Assembly: GCA_040285855.1 (NCBI GenBank)
Contig: JAUFOQ010000001.1
Span: 1,984,001-2,048,000 of the forward strand
Origin: Eukaryota sp. GEM-RC1
Taxonomy: Eukaryota
DNA: 64,000 nt
Direction: 5' to 3'
Part shown: positions 13,380-26,300 of the stretch, in pieces
Position numbering within the stretch: the stretch's first letter is position 1
How the letters are laid out: the number at the start of each line of letters is the position of its first letter
The notes under the pieces: generated by a model
The model's input: only the letters and a program-made list of their open reading frames with translations
Database searches by the model: none
Told to the model about the DNA's origin: nothing
Position numbers and translations under genes: made by a program

Positions 13380-15257
13380 TGATTTAAATACCTAAACATG
13401 GCTATCTTCAACATTCAAGTTGTTGAAGGAGTAAGCTTGAGCGGCTTCTGTTAAGTTTGACTGACTTGATCGGCGATGGTTACCAGCCAAGATGTATCCT
13501 TCGATGTCCTCCAGAAGGATGTTTCTTTCAGCTCTCCCTCTCTCATCTGTCGTTTCAAGTTATCAGTAGTGAGGCGCTGAACAACAAAAGATGCAATGTT
13601 GTCAGCAAGCATTTGGTCTTTGAAATAGCCTCCACGGATTGACCCGCTTGAATGGCAAATAGTTTCGCTATGTAGTATGCTTACATACATGGATTGGAAT
13701 GTACAGACGCTTTTAAACTCGTACAGAGACGTTCTACATACCTCATCAGGACCAATAATGTCTTCGTTTGCAGCTTTGAGGTCTTCTTATGATATTAAAA
13801 CGGCTTGTATTTGCTCAAGTTCGGTACACATCTTGTTAAATTGAGAGCGATTCAGAGTTTTATGAGAGATTTCTACATCGAATTCAATATATAATATGTT
13901 CTATATATGATAGTGGTAGATATCTTTAAGTTTTCTGAACTACAAACGGTTACATTTAAATTGTTACCGGCAATTGCCGCAAATTTCCAAATAATGTTGA
14001 TCTTATTAACTTATATTATACCTTTCATAGAAATACCAACGACACATGATGTGGTCACCTGAATTGCCAAAATTTCTTCAGCCAAATCACTGAGAATTGG
14101 ATAGCGGCCTTTATTTTGGTGCAGTTGGAATTCTACAGGTCTTTGTTGGAGGTAAACACATTCAAAGAGGAGAAACAAGAAATTGGTGTAACAAAAATCA
14201 ATTGAGTACTACATGTAGTAACGTTGTTAGTATACTACACTCAAGTAATTAACCACAAAGACGAAAGTCAATTGGTGATTTTTCAGTAATCTTCATTGAA
14301 CTATTTAATAAAAGATAATATCTATAAACCATATGTAGTGTAATTTGATGCAATGTAATAGATGAATTTAGTCGACTCGACTTGAGAAAGAGATGAGTCG
14401 ACTCGACACGACTGATGTAGCGGAGTCGACTTAGTCGACTATCTGAGTCGATTGCAGAGTTCTAGACACATCTTGTAACTATTGGAAATACCGTAGCCAT
14501 ATCAAATTTACCTGTGACATAGAAACTTTCTTTCTACGCTTCGTTATTATGACTTTTCATACTTGAATTACGATAATCTCAAAGTACAGCTCATACACAC
14601 ACATCCACTTCTTCTTCGGTGCTTTTACTCCACGTATTACATCTGGAAGACATAAATGAGCAGCCTAAATAGTCCATAAACTCTATCTTGTGGTCGAACT
14701 ACTCAACTATCGAAAATGTTTCTTTGAGTCATCATTGGAAAATATACATCAACTTCTTCCCTTACAGGGGACGATGATTTTTGTTTCGTCAGAGTGAGTA
14801 CTATTAACCTCTTGCCAAGTTTAAATATCACTGAAAAATAAGTGATGTCAACGATTGGTAAATATCTTGTAGATTTGGTCTATGACATTTGGAATCAATG
14901 GTTATGTACTTTTATTTAAGAAAAATATTTGATAACAAGAAATATCACACAATCCGTGTGTCACACGGACAGGGAATTTGCCACAACGTGTGTTTGTGTA
15001 ACCTTGTTCTGAATATTAAAGGTATTTTCACACTTCAGCATTTGTGCAGATATAGTCTCAGTACAGATATATTCTCACTGAGATTTGGTGAGACTAATTT
15101 TACCATGAAAGTTTATGCACACAAAGATTAAAGAGAAATCGTTTCAGTGTCATGAGTCGTGAAGATTCAACAGAACTGATGAAGAGTTCAAGCTGATGTT
15201 TCACACATTAAATGATTTAAAATTTTAAATGCTTGATATTAATGAAAAACGAAAACA
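13380..15257 (+). repeat. Arm of a large inverted segmental duplication
   Basis: 13380-14820 is the reverse complement of about 54525-55955; 14880-15257 is the reverse complement of 51686-52013 plus 53551-53640. Confidence 0.85.
14030..14464 (-). mobile_element. hAT remnant: one terminus with GTCGACTC subterminal repeats and a dimerisation-domain fragment
   Basis: Terminus reads TAGAACTCTGCAATCGACTC on the minus strand from 14464; minus-strand RYPILSDLAEEILAIQVTTSC; inverted copy starts at 54871. Confidence 0.6.
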
Positions 15258-15337
15258 CTGTGTTTCTTCTTTATCAGCAATAGCTTTTCCTACATGACCA
15301 ACACAGATAGTCTTATACAATAAATCTATTTATGAAT

Positions 15338-16899
15338 CTACTTTGTCCTACTTCTGAACCATCTAAAACACTGTATTCGATGCTTCTTGACGCATCTTTT
15401 CAAGGGGGCTAAAATGTCTTGTCTGTTGGGATGTCGGCGAACAAATCGTTCCACCTTTGCAATGTATGCACGAGCATCCTGTGAAGAAATGTCTTCATGA
15501 TCTGAACTTACAGTCAGCTCTCCTAATTCTACGTCAGAATCCGCTTCCTCTTCAGGGTCATCTATACCCCACCTCACTTTCATGGCAATTACAATTTCCT
15601 CGTCCGTCATTTCGATTCCTCCTTCCCTTTCAAAGGCAGGGCTGCTATAGTCTATAGCTGCGATACAATCATCTAGGTCAAGCACTTGAATTTCATTGTT
15701 GAGCTCTTCAATGTCTTCATCTACAGGGGCGATTTCTGTGATTCTTTGTGGACCAAACTTCCAAATACCAACTTTTTCCCAGCAATTTCTTATGGTTACA
15801 TCAGTCACACCAGCCCACGCTTCAGCAAACCAATTCATTGCATCTAAAACTGTTACTTTTTCAGCAGCTTTATGGCTATTTTTAAATAAGTTTGATTCCA
15901 CCTGCTCAATGATATGAGATAACAACATTCTCCTGTATTTTGCTTTAAAACTTCTAATAATTCCAGCGTCCAAGGGTTGTAAAAGTGAAGTAGCGGTAAA
16001 TACTCCACTTTCAGAAACTTTAGTTCCAAAGATCCCAATTTGTGAGAGGAAGCATTATCACAAAACAAAAGTCCTTGTCTTCCGTGACTTTGACAGTGAT
16101 TGTCAAGTTGAGTGCAAAGTTCTTGAAAATTATAGGTGAGTACCCATGCACTTGCATTGTAACGATTTGTGAATGGTAAATGTTCACGATCGACGTTCTT
16201 CATACATCGTGGATTTTTATAACGACCGATTATATACAACGGCAATTTCCATGTTCCCGTCATATTGGAGCACAACACAACTGTTAGACGATCTTTGGCT
16301 GTTTTTTGGCCCAGTATTTTCTTGTTGGTGTTGGATCGACTTGGTTGAATTCGATAGTAAAGTCCAGTTTCATCTAGGTTGAAAATAAATTCTTCATTAA
16401 ATGTTTCCATCAAGTCATCAACAGAGTCCAAAAAATTGTTGGATCCTGTCTTATCAGCAGAAGCCGCTTCTCCACTTATTCTTAAGGATTGAATATTGTA
16501 TCTTTTCTTGAATTTCTCCAACCAGCCGTTGGTTAATTTCAGTTCTTCATCAGAAATGTTAAAACTGATGCGAAATGTTGTTGCTTTGTCAAGAATAACA
16601 GCATCGGTCATTACAATTCGGTCTTGAAATGTCATAAACCATTCGTATAAAGAAGCGTCAAACGCCGGAAATTTCACTGGTCTGACACGCTTTCTATCAC
16701 CACTTGAAGAGAAAAGAGAATCGTCACGTAAGTGATCACAGGATTTAAGAATCTTACGATCAGTTGTTCGATGTAGTTTGAAGTTATAGGTGTCAAGTAC
16801 CCATTGAATCAGTTGATATGTAGTAGGGTTTGGTTCTTGAGCAGCATACAAGCAAAGTGATCTCTTCTGTTGAAGAGATAAAGAGCTGTTTTTGGTCAT
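15338..16899 (-). pseudogene. pogo/Tigger (Tc1-mariner superfamily) transposase with CENP-B-like HTH and DDE_1 domain, frameshifted
   Basis: LTNGWLEKFKKRY, IFNLDETGLYY, KDRLTVVLCSN, FCDNASSH, then a frameshift at about 15990 into SLLQPLDAGIIRSFKAKYR and TIRNCWEK. Confidence 0.9.
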
Positions 16900-17361
16900 A
16901 TGACAGAGATGAATGATGCAGGCAAAATCTATGTTGACAAAATTTATGTACAAAGGTCATGTATAACGAAACAAAACACTACATATACTTGAGCATTACA
17001 CAATGATGTCATGAAGGATATAGAAGACACAGTTGTCTAAGGTTGGCTGAAGATTCGATGTTATCGGTTGTTTGTGACAAAGCTACACACAAGATGAGGA
17101 TGTCATATGTTGAAGCTGATGCAACAGCTGTACGTGGTGTATGGGGGAAATGATCTAACAAAGGTTCCCATACGACTTAGCAACCATCAAAGAATATATG
17201 GGACACAACATGTGGAAGATGAGTCAACAGTTGTATTCGATGTTTATTTTGAGAAAAAAGTGATCAAACAAAACCTTCACTGTGACTCTATGATGTATAT
17301 GGATACACAATATCGTGGTAAACGTAGTCACAAGTCATCCCAAAGTTCAGGATGTTTGGGA

Positions 17362-17401
17362 CCGAGAAATTATAGAGGGAGAAATTATAGAGGTTTGACT
17401 G
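17362..17401 (-). mobile_element. 5' TIR of the pogo/Tigger element
   Basis: Minus strand reads TA|CAGTCAAACCTCTATAATTTCTCCCTCTATAATTTCTCGG, with a TA target and an internal direct repeat; no partner TIR found near 15.3 kb. Confidence 0.7.
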
Positions 17402-17564
17402 TAGTGTTATCTTAACTCCATTAGGTCAAGTTGAACAAATCTTCAACGCAATGTTTGAACCATGACCATGCATCTTTATCGATCGTTATCGTCATGTCCG
17501 TAGACTGTCTTTTCTGACAACAACATCTTACACCACTTAGATTCACTCGCAATTGCCCCTCAAT

Positions 17565-18570
17565 GACATTCCCTTTCTCCCTCTATTCATCTTACATACA
17601 CTAACAGGTCCTTTTCCACACTGAGACAAAGCTCAGCTCTTTTTTATCGGCGAAGCTGAAACTGTTGGTGACTTTCTCTTCTCTTCTCTCTCTAAGTTTA
17701 AGCTCCTTGTTGATCACCCAGCCTTCAAATCATCAATGATAGTCACCACTTCCTTCGTGAAATCGACGTCGTTTCTCCCGTTGACAGAAAGATCGGACTA
17801 GCGCTAACCCAAGATGAAGAAGTTGGTGACGGAACAACATCAGTCATGATCCTCGCTTCTGAACTCCTTGCCTAAGCTAAACCTCTCTTCAACAGTCACC
17901 CCACCATCATCGTTGAAGATTACGGCAACCTTCTCTCTATTGCTTTCGCTGTACTGACTTTCATGAAACAACAAGAATCAGGCTTCGAACCTTGTCAATT
18001 CTACTCTTGGTAATATGTTTCTCGTTGTATCGTTCTCATGTATATTCCTCCAGTTGACGTTGTTTCCACCCTAACTCAGACTATTTATGATTAAACTAAG
18101 GAAATTGACATTAAGGAGTTTGTTAGGGAAAGTATTAAGTGGAGATTACCTCAACCTAGACATCTACACTCAAATGAAGAGAATACTTGAGAATCATCGT
18201 GTTGTTTGTTTTTGCTACTATTTGTAAATATTTGTTGAGTTATCATCTAGTTCTAACATTAATTCACAATAGTGAAAGCAAATTTCATTATTAATCTGTT
18301 GTTTTGTAGTATTTAGTTGAAGAATGGCACTTGTGTGTTCATTCCGATAAGTGTATTAAGTGTTTCAAAATTTGTATTCTAAGTATGATGATGTTTTCAA
18401 ATCAGAATTCTATCATGGCTTTAGCTAAATCTAGCATTTTAGGTATTGTCACTAGTTAGTAAAAGAGTAGATTGAGTTGTATGAAATCCTTCAGAAACAT
18501 CAATTAAGAGAGCTAATTAAATTAATCGAATGATTCTGCTCTTATTTGATGACGTGACACTCTACAGATT
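17565..18570 (+). pseudogene. CCT3: CCT-gamma fragment repeat module, copy 2
   Basis: DKAQL..IGEAETVGD and QDEEVGDGTTSVMILASELL; acceptor-like CTAACAG at 17601-17607; closest copy is the inverted 48790-49805. Confidence 0.75.
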
Positions 18571-19425
18571 GACTCAATCGGGTTACACTCCGGGCAGTAT
18601 GGTGGTAGAATAACGGACGTTCCCGCAGAACTTCCGCATAGATCCAAATCACCCACTCTGCCTGCTTTCTTCCTCGTCCTCTACAAGCTTTCAAAAGCAC
18701 CATTTTCTCGTTTTATTTTGCACACATGAAAAAATGACAAATTCGTCAGCCAACTTGCTTTTTTAACATGGATATTACGAGATCCATAAAACTCATAAGA
18801 AAACATGTTACTATGACGTTGTTTTGTTGATGATCATTCGTAAATTAAATCTTTTGAGAATTGGACAGCGTGTTGAAAGAATGCGTCATTTAATGCCTGG
18901 AAAAGATTGGACTTAGAAGATCGGGACGTATGCCTGGAATAGAAGAAGCTGTAAGGCATGAAACGCACCTCAGGAAGAAATTGGATGACCCAACGTATGA
19001 AACTCTTTTGCATGTCCGGAACAAGACTAAGCAATGATTTCACGTCTGGAATGGTGTTTCAATGATAAATTGGTTTATTTTGTTAACTGAAGTGGTCGCC
19101 TTGAGGAGTCTAATTGGTTAAGACAGTCGATGAGTCTTTGTTCATTGGAGATTTTACCACGAGAACTAGTACGCAGGTTCTTGGCAGCGGTTTTCAGCAT
19201 GGCGTTCCAGGCTTCCGAATCTTTAGGCAGCAATGTTTTGAATACTCCCTTAGGCAAGGAGAGTATCTCGGCGGTAGCATGTTCATTTGGTTGGGTGCTC
19301 TGCAGTTCGTCAACTTTAGAGCACTGTCTTACATTTGGTTAGGTTTTAGTGACACTTTTCATCCTTGTGTTCAAATACACAACTTTCAAAAGACCGTCTT
19401 TTTATCTAAAAGTATAGACTATAAC

Positions 19426-20196
19426 CAGGGATGCCGTGTATTGGATTGGCAATATATTGGTATTTTAATACGACTTACCAATCAATACTGTATTGGTTCC
19501 AATATCAGTTTATTATACTCATCAAGTAAAAACTATCTAAAAACATCATATGTTCTAACAAAACGTTCGTCTTTTCGGAACCAAAGTTGGTTTGGGTTAT
19601 GTAACAGTCTTGGAGCTCTAAACCTTCTTCAATTTTAAATGGTTTTAAAGCAAGAAACATTGGCTTTGGTTGGTCAACAATAGCACAAAAGACACCAAGA
19701 TAGTGCAAAGCAGAGTGATTTTCTTGCCATTCATCAAGAATAAGTCCAAAACCAGATTTTATTAAGTTGGTTAACTGACATTTAGCAGCGCCATAAGTGA
19801 TAGATTTCCAAATACTTTACAAGTGTATCTGATGGAATTGATTTGTGTGCACGAGATGTCGGGTTATGGTATTTGAGGAGACTTTCTGAACCTTAGAAAA
19901 CTCATCCTCCCAGTTCTGATGCTTATTCACATGCCCAATTAGATTAGTCCAACCAGAACCTGTCTAGCGTCTCTCCACAAACCTTTCCAAGTCTCTGTGT
20001 TGTCAACTGTTGATTGGAATGTTTAAAACACCTGACATACGCTTGTTATCTGACATGATGAAAAAATAAATTCAATATTTTGACTCTTTAATAATAATAT
20101 ATTATTGGTAATATTGGCAATTTATTGGTATTGAAAAACAGTAGACAATTCAACATAAATTGGTTTCGATTGGCAATCCAATCTTCGGCATCCGTG
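19426..20196 (-). mobile_element. Internally deleted hAT element
   Basis: TIRs CAGGGATGCCGTGTATTGGATTGGCAAT / CACGGATGCCGAAGATTGGATTGCCAAT; 8-bp TSD ACTATAAC at 19418-19425 and 20197-20204; coding remnants GSGWTNLIGHV and GFGLILDEW...HYLGVF. Confidence 0.85.
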
Positions 20197-20259
20197 ACTA
20201 TAACCATGTATATAGGGCGTAGTGCAAGTTTGCAACTGAACTGCTAGGAACTCTAATCC

Positions 20260-20954
20260 AAATCATAGATCTATGTCTGTTTGAGCAGTAATGGAGTTCT
20301 CCGGAAGAGACAGTGTTTCCACTGTAGCATTGACTATTAACATATCTGCCAATGATCTAACACCGTCATTTTCAATAGAGTTTCCCGACAGACTAATTGA
20401 AGGTCATTGACTAATTGCCAAAGTAGAATATACCTTTAACACATCTATCAGAACTTTAACACCTTCGACTCCAATAAAAATACCCAAAAGATCGATACGT
20501 GTCAAATAAGAATTTAGTTTCAAATTGAAACTTTCAATGCTTCTGCCAATAGTCTAAAACCCGCAACGCTAATAGTATTGTTCCAAATACTACAACTTTT
20601 CACTGCAGTATTTACTATTAACGCTTCTGCCAAGACAGTTGCACCTTCATTTCCGATAGAGTTATACATGAGACCGATATGTGTTAACGTAGAATTTACT
20701 TTCAATGCTTCTGCAAGTAATCTAACTACTTCAACTCTCATGAATGCAAAACTGCAAAATTCAAGCCTCGTTATGGGGATACTTTCTTTTCAGCAATTGG
20801 ATTACTGATAAAAAACATGAAGAATCAGTACAACACACGAAGATCTGTTTGAGATCAATAAAGATTGCTGAAAATGTATAGTCCCTGTTGGCTCTTTGGG
20901 GTTTGCCCTGATAGAAGGAGTGGAAGCAGGAGAAGATATTGAAGAAGACAGCAT
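20260..20954 (-). pseudogene. Leucine-rich repeat gene (RI/NLRC3-like 28-aa repeats), disrupted
   Basis: LLAEALKVNSTLTHIGLMYNSIGNEGATVLAEALIVNTAV, with further repeats (IGVEGVKVLIDVLKV; LSGNSIENDGVRSLADMLIVN) in other frames; candidate ATG at 20954. Confidence 0.75.
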
Positions 20955-21016
20955 TGACTTCTATCCAGAAGTTCTATGAATTCAATTTTCTTAAGTAAAC
21001 AGTCTTTTGCATCTCA

Positions 21017-22592
21017 ATGGATTGCTGCGTTTGTCTTACTGAGTTTAATGCGTCTAATTGTATACCTTATGTTATATGTTCGAATGTTCATTCTGTATGC
21101 TCCAGTTGTATGGATCAACTACAAGAATGTGATCTTCAATAGTGTCTAATCCCAAACGTAATCATGACCTTCTAAATCTTATTGAGTTACTATCACACAA
21201 AGACTCAATTCCTACAATCTCTCCCAATGATTTATCCATAGACTTGAATTCTGTTCCCATCGGGGAGGGCGGGTGTGGAAAAGTTCATCGCGCTCTTTGG
21301 AACAACTCTCCTGTTGCAGTGAAGGTTATGACTCTCACATCGGAAGGCTCCCGCAAAATCGATCGAGAAGTATCCATGATGATCCAATTGAACCATCCAC
21401 TTGTTCTACGAGTCTTTGAAAACGGTGAAGCTGGACCGACATGTTGGCATTGTCATGGAACTCGCCGATGATACTCTTCCCTTCCCTTCTTCTCTCAACA
21501 ACACCACTCTAAAAAGAGCTATGGACATTGTCAAAGCTGTCATGTTTCTACACGCCAGGGACATTGTTCATATGGACATTAAGCCTTAAAACATTTTTTT
21601 TGTCCAACGGAAATATTAAAGTTGCCGACTTTGGCACATCAAAAACAATCTCATCCACCACCATTAGATCTTCTCTTCAAGTTTACACTCCAAAGTATGC
21701 AGCTCCTGAGGTCTTTGATAACATTGTTCATTTCTCAAGCGATGTTTATAGTATTGGAATTCTCTTGTACGAAATTCTGTGTGACAAACTTGCATTTGAA
21801 AACTTGACACCGGCGGCTGTTCTACGTCAGAAATTGGCTGGAGTTTGTCCACCCTTTTCTGATAATGTTCCACTCGTTCTTCTTTCAATTATAACTGATT
21901 GCTGTGATTTGAATCCCATCAACAGACCGTCTCTTGTAGAGATTTTGGAAGCATTAGAAAGTTTACAGATTGACAGTGTGGAAACTGGAATTGAACCTGT
22001 TGAAAACAATGTTAACAATCAGAATCAATCGAGATCACGTCATGTTTATTCTGAAGAAAGTGATTTGGAAAACAATATTTCCACTACTAAAAGTACTATA
22101 TCCAGTAGTGCAGCTTTTGGTGGTAAATCTATATTACTGACCGTACGGATTATTTTCTTCATAATTCTGTGTTTGTTCAGGTATTCAGTAGTTGCTTTCA
22201 AAGGTTTCAAAAATTCCAACTGTATTTCGCATGTTAAATCTCAAGTCATCCAAGTGAATTATCGACAATTCGGTTTTAACGTTATATTATTGATGAAGAC
22301 ATTATGTATTCGTTGTTTCCGAATGATTTGCTTAATTTGTGTTTTTTTCAGCCGTGTGCTTAAAGATATAGATCGCCTACAAAAAAATGCGGAATTTTTT
22401 GGCAAAATGAAAACTATTGGTATGAAAATTGCTCAAATTTTCGCTGATGTTCTTGTCTCAATTATTCAATTCTTATTTAAGGTTACGGTGATTTTAATGT
22501 GTGTGTTTGCAGGGCTCTGTATTGGGTTTGCTTTGTTGGCATTACTTATTGTGTTTATTGCATTTTTATTTGATTCCTCTTCTCTTCAATAA
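21017..22592 (+). pseudogene. RING finger + TKL-like protein kinase + C-terminal hydrophobic segments, disrupted
   Basis: ATG 21017 reads MDCCVCLTEFNASNCIPYVICSNVHSVCSSCMDQLQEC (RING, last Cys pair broken); GEGGCGKV, VAVK, HMDIKP*N, DFG, APE, DVYSIG, RPS; frameshifts at about 21135, 21420 and 21600, and TAA at 21587. Confidence 0.85.
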
Positions 22593-23340
22593 TATCTATC
22601 ATGGGACCCCTTCTCCCTCTCAATACAATCTCTCTTCCTATTACTCTTGCAGCTCATCTCAAGTGTACCAGGTCGAGGCGTTTTTCCTCTGCTCCAAATA
22701 CTTGAATTTAGCACTAAAGATCGTGTTTAGATGTTGAAACAGTGAAGCACAATTCGTGGTGGGTTGATACATGTCTCATAAAAACACTCCGGAGAGGTCA
22801 TGAGTCTTACAACCATACGCGTATGGCAGTCGACAATTTTAATTAGGACTTGACGCTGCTTTTTTTGAATGAATAAACTTCTAAAATACCAAAATTTGCT
22901 TTCAGTTGGTTTTAGTTTTAAGATTAATCATGCTTTGAGTTTTATGCCTCCTGATATTTCAAGGGAAATAGCTCAAAACTTCAATGAAATTTGAACTCTT
23001 GTCGAGGTCCCAATACAAGCAACCTTAAACTACACAAGCATACCCTTTACTATGGACATTGCTTGTTTTTGGGTCCTTTATATCTCTATTTTGTGTCATG
23101 GAAGAACATTCATGACACGAGCACCAACAATGGAATGTAAAATATACAACGTCAATCAGCACTCTTTAAAACATCATAGTCAATCATTTAACCAAAAGAA
23201 ACAGTAACAATCTCCATGAATAACTGCTTGATCAATACAAGCAATTAAAAGTGTTTTAGCACGATTGACAAGGTTTACATAAATCTCATTACTTATCGAC
23301 CGATCTGATACCAAACTCTTGACTGAGGCGAGTGTTCTAT
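22578..23340 (+). repeat. Duplicated block (inverted copy at about 50113-50772)
   Basis: Reverse-complement similarity along the block; includes KINHALSFMPPDISREIAQNFNEI, which resembles the CRE-like element at about 52180. Confidence 0.8.
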
Positions 23341-26300
23341 AACAAATACAGATGAGCTATAAATAAATTGAGTCACTTCATTGTACCATTGTTTCCTAGA
23401 AATCTCCATTGTAGTGACTCTGGTATTACAGCCTGGGCCGTCAGAACTTCTAGCATTTTAAAAGAATGATGGTTAAGTAGAACTACCATATTTTCAAGAA
23501 GAGTAAGTTTAGAATGTCCGAATGGAAAAACCGAAATGTATTTTCCATTTATTGGAATCACTTTTGTATTTTTCTCGATTAATTGAGAAACTTTACAAGT
23601 TTTGTGTGAAGGTTAGTGTTGAAAACCATAGTTTTTACAGAACAGAAATGAAGTTGTTTGGATTGATTCTTAGTAATATTTGTTTGTTTGTACAAATGCA
23701 CATTATTATAGTGAATAACCCATGATTCACTGTGGCTTTTCATCAAACCACTAATGCTTTTACGAAATCTGTTGAGTTTAGTTAGAGAAACAATACAAAA
23801 ATGCCATCTTCTATGCATGTTTTAGGACGTCGACAATATTGTTTTGGGAAGTCTTGTAGAAATTGATTCAAGCACACTTCCTTATCATGTATTCATTTCT
23901 GCTTGTTGTGTTGGTGTTGCATTTTCTAGAGCTGTGTCGTATGTGTCTAAGTGTATATTGCTAGTGAAGATAGTGAAACTAGTAGTAATCGTCACTTCTG
24001 ATGACGTGTCACTTAATCTTAAGGATTTTTCTTTCAACAATGAACACTGCTTTCTTCTTTATCAACATTTGTCGGCAACAGTATCTTGTTAATATATCAA
24101 ACAAATGAATCTCTTATTTTGTGTTTCAAGATCATTGCAATAGTGACCCATATATTGGTCGATATCTATTGTAATACAATATGTTCTAACCCTGAATGTA
24201 CACCACAACCAATACTACATCTACATTCGATGTTTTTCTTCTTCACGGGTCTCAACTGTAGTTCAGCTTAAGGCGAAATACATGTCAAATACACCTCACC
24301 ATCCACATCTTCTATGATCTCATTCATCTTCTACTAAATCTCGCTAAGAAATGATTTTAAGTTTATCAAGAAACTATAACATCGAAATTTCCATGAGTCG
24401 TGACCATATCACCATCATTGTCAAATAGTTTTCAAAAACAATTTCAATGTCGGAAAAAAACAATTAAGTTCTATCGTCACAACTCAAGTTTGAAATACAA
24501 GTTTTTTAGTTGATTGTAAAGAGTATAATTTTCTTCACAGCTGAGTTAAATTCAAACTAATATCAGTTTCATAATTTTGATGGTTTTCTCCGAGATAACA
24601 ACAAATTGGCGGTGCAACTAATTTGAGCATCTCATTACGTGAATATAAACATTTTGAGAAATGTAATTCAGACAGATCATGTCTACCAGTATGTTGGAGC
24701 TCTTGAATAAAGTAGGCCATGCTACAGAAGAGCTAAGTAAAGTAAAAGAAATAACCACAGAAGAGTATATCGTGAAGAGTATGTGGAACAGTCATTATCT
24801 TGGGACACTGTTCTGTGTTGATGACGAATAGGGAAGGATTTACACCAAGATTGAAGGCCTTATACAAGTTCCTCGTACACAGCAGATATCAAACGAAATT
24901 TTAGAGCACGAGTAGATGACTGAAACATGGCGTGTTGCTGAGTGACACTAGAAATCCTGTTGAGTCATCAAAATTCATGAGGTATCTCCTTCAATTATGA
25001 CCTATATCCTTAAGAAGGCTAGTAACTTGCTTTTGCTATCTCCCTCAACTCTCAACTGTGATGTTTTCATGTCTCAGATTCATCATTTACTTGAGTTGTA
25101 TATTAATATAGCATACCCCACCTTTACAATTTCTCATTTTAATCTTCTGTGTAAATTGCCATATTACTCTTTTGTTATGTGCTTGTTGTTCGTATCTTCT
25201 TCCAAACCCTGATTATGCGGCTGGTTTCATTGTTCCAGAACTTGGTTCATTGTTTTCATGTTTATGATTTTGTTTTCTTTTACTTTTTAATTATGTTTTG
25301 TAATTCTATTCAGTGGGGAAGAAATTTCGTCCACTCAAAATTTCAACTCTGCTTATTTTTTTTAAAAACAAAATGTTTTCTCTTCACATATTTCTTTATA
25401 TATTTGTAATTTGAATCGATAAATGAATGACATGTAACTGATCTGGAAGTCATTTCTTTCTTCAAAGACTATTAGTTTCTAAATGAACCTTAAAATGAGT
25501 TGAGGAGCTTTACAACCAGAATCTATATCATAACTAGATCTTGAATGTTCAAGAATTGGAACATCCCAGAGAAGAAGTTGAGGAAGTGTGCTAGTAGTGC
25601 CCTCTTGGGTAAAAGAAGAACAACTGGAATATCAGAACATAGTGGCTGAATCCTTGATATCAAAACACGTGTTTTCTACGATTAACAGTGATGCCTTTGG
25701 TGAGTACGAAATTCAATATAGACTTATTAACAGATTTAAAATCTGATGGAATGTAATAAGACGCATCTCGAACACACTTGTTGAACATTAATTTTTTTTT
25801 GTTAATGTCACATGCTAAAAACTGACTCACCCAATGTAGTGAAGAGATTCGCTCCCTGGTGACCTCCAGATTGTAGAGATCAATCAATATGGGTACTCTT
25901 GTCCGTGAACGGATGACACTGACCTTCAGATTCTGGAGAATTTTGTTAGACGTACAAGACGTGACGAAGAAAGACTGGATTGCGTCCAACATCCTTTTTA
26001 AGTTCAATATTTTGCGTTGTTGGGTATGCGCAAATGCTCTGATTTGGAATATGAAGCCATAATAGCCTGAAAGAGAGGCGTAGCTCAATTTAGACGTTCA
26101 AAAAGAGAAGAGTAGATTGTTGATTGATTTCGAAACTTGTTGAGCGACATGATAGCCGGCATGTTTGTGTATTTGCCACCAAAATTTTCTTGATCAGATG
26201 CTGAACGTACTTCATTATTTCTTGTGGAATAATGTTGATATCAGAACTTGCTGATTCGTCAGCGAACCACATCTTCGTCCAAGCGTTATTTGGCAAGGAG

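Noticed and set aside
21587..21589. Alternative genetic code: TAA at a conserved kinase position (DIKP*N), and TGA at Trp positions in hAT (3224) and FAR1 (about 47613) remnants
   Set aside because: All of these lie in sequences that also have frameshifts or deletions. Another TGA replaces a Gly in the gag knuckle. Intact genes use TGG for Trp and end in TAG or TGA at the expected positions. These look like ordinary nonsense mutations.
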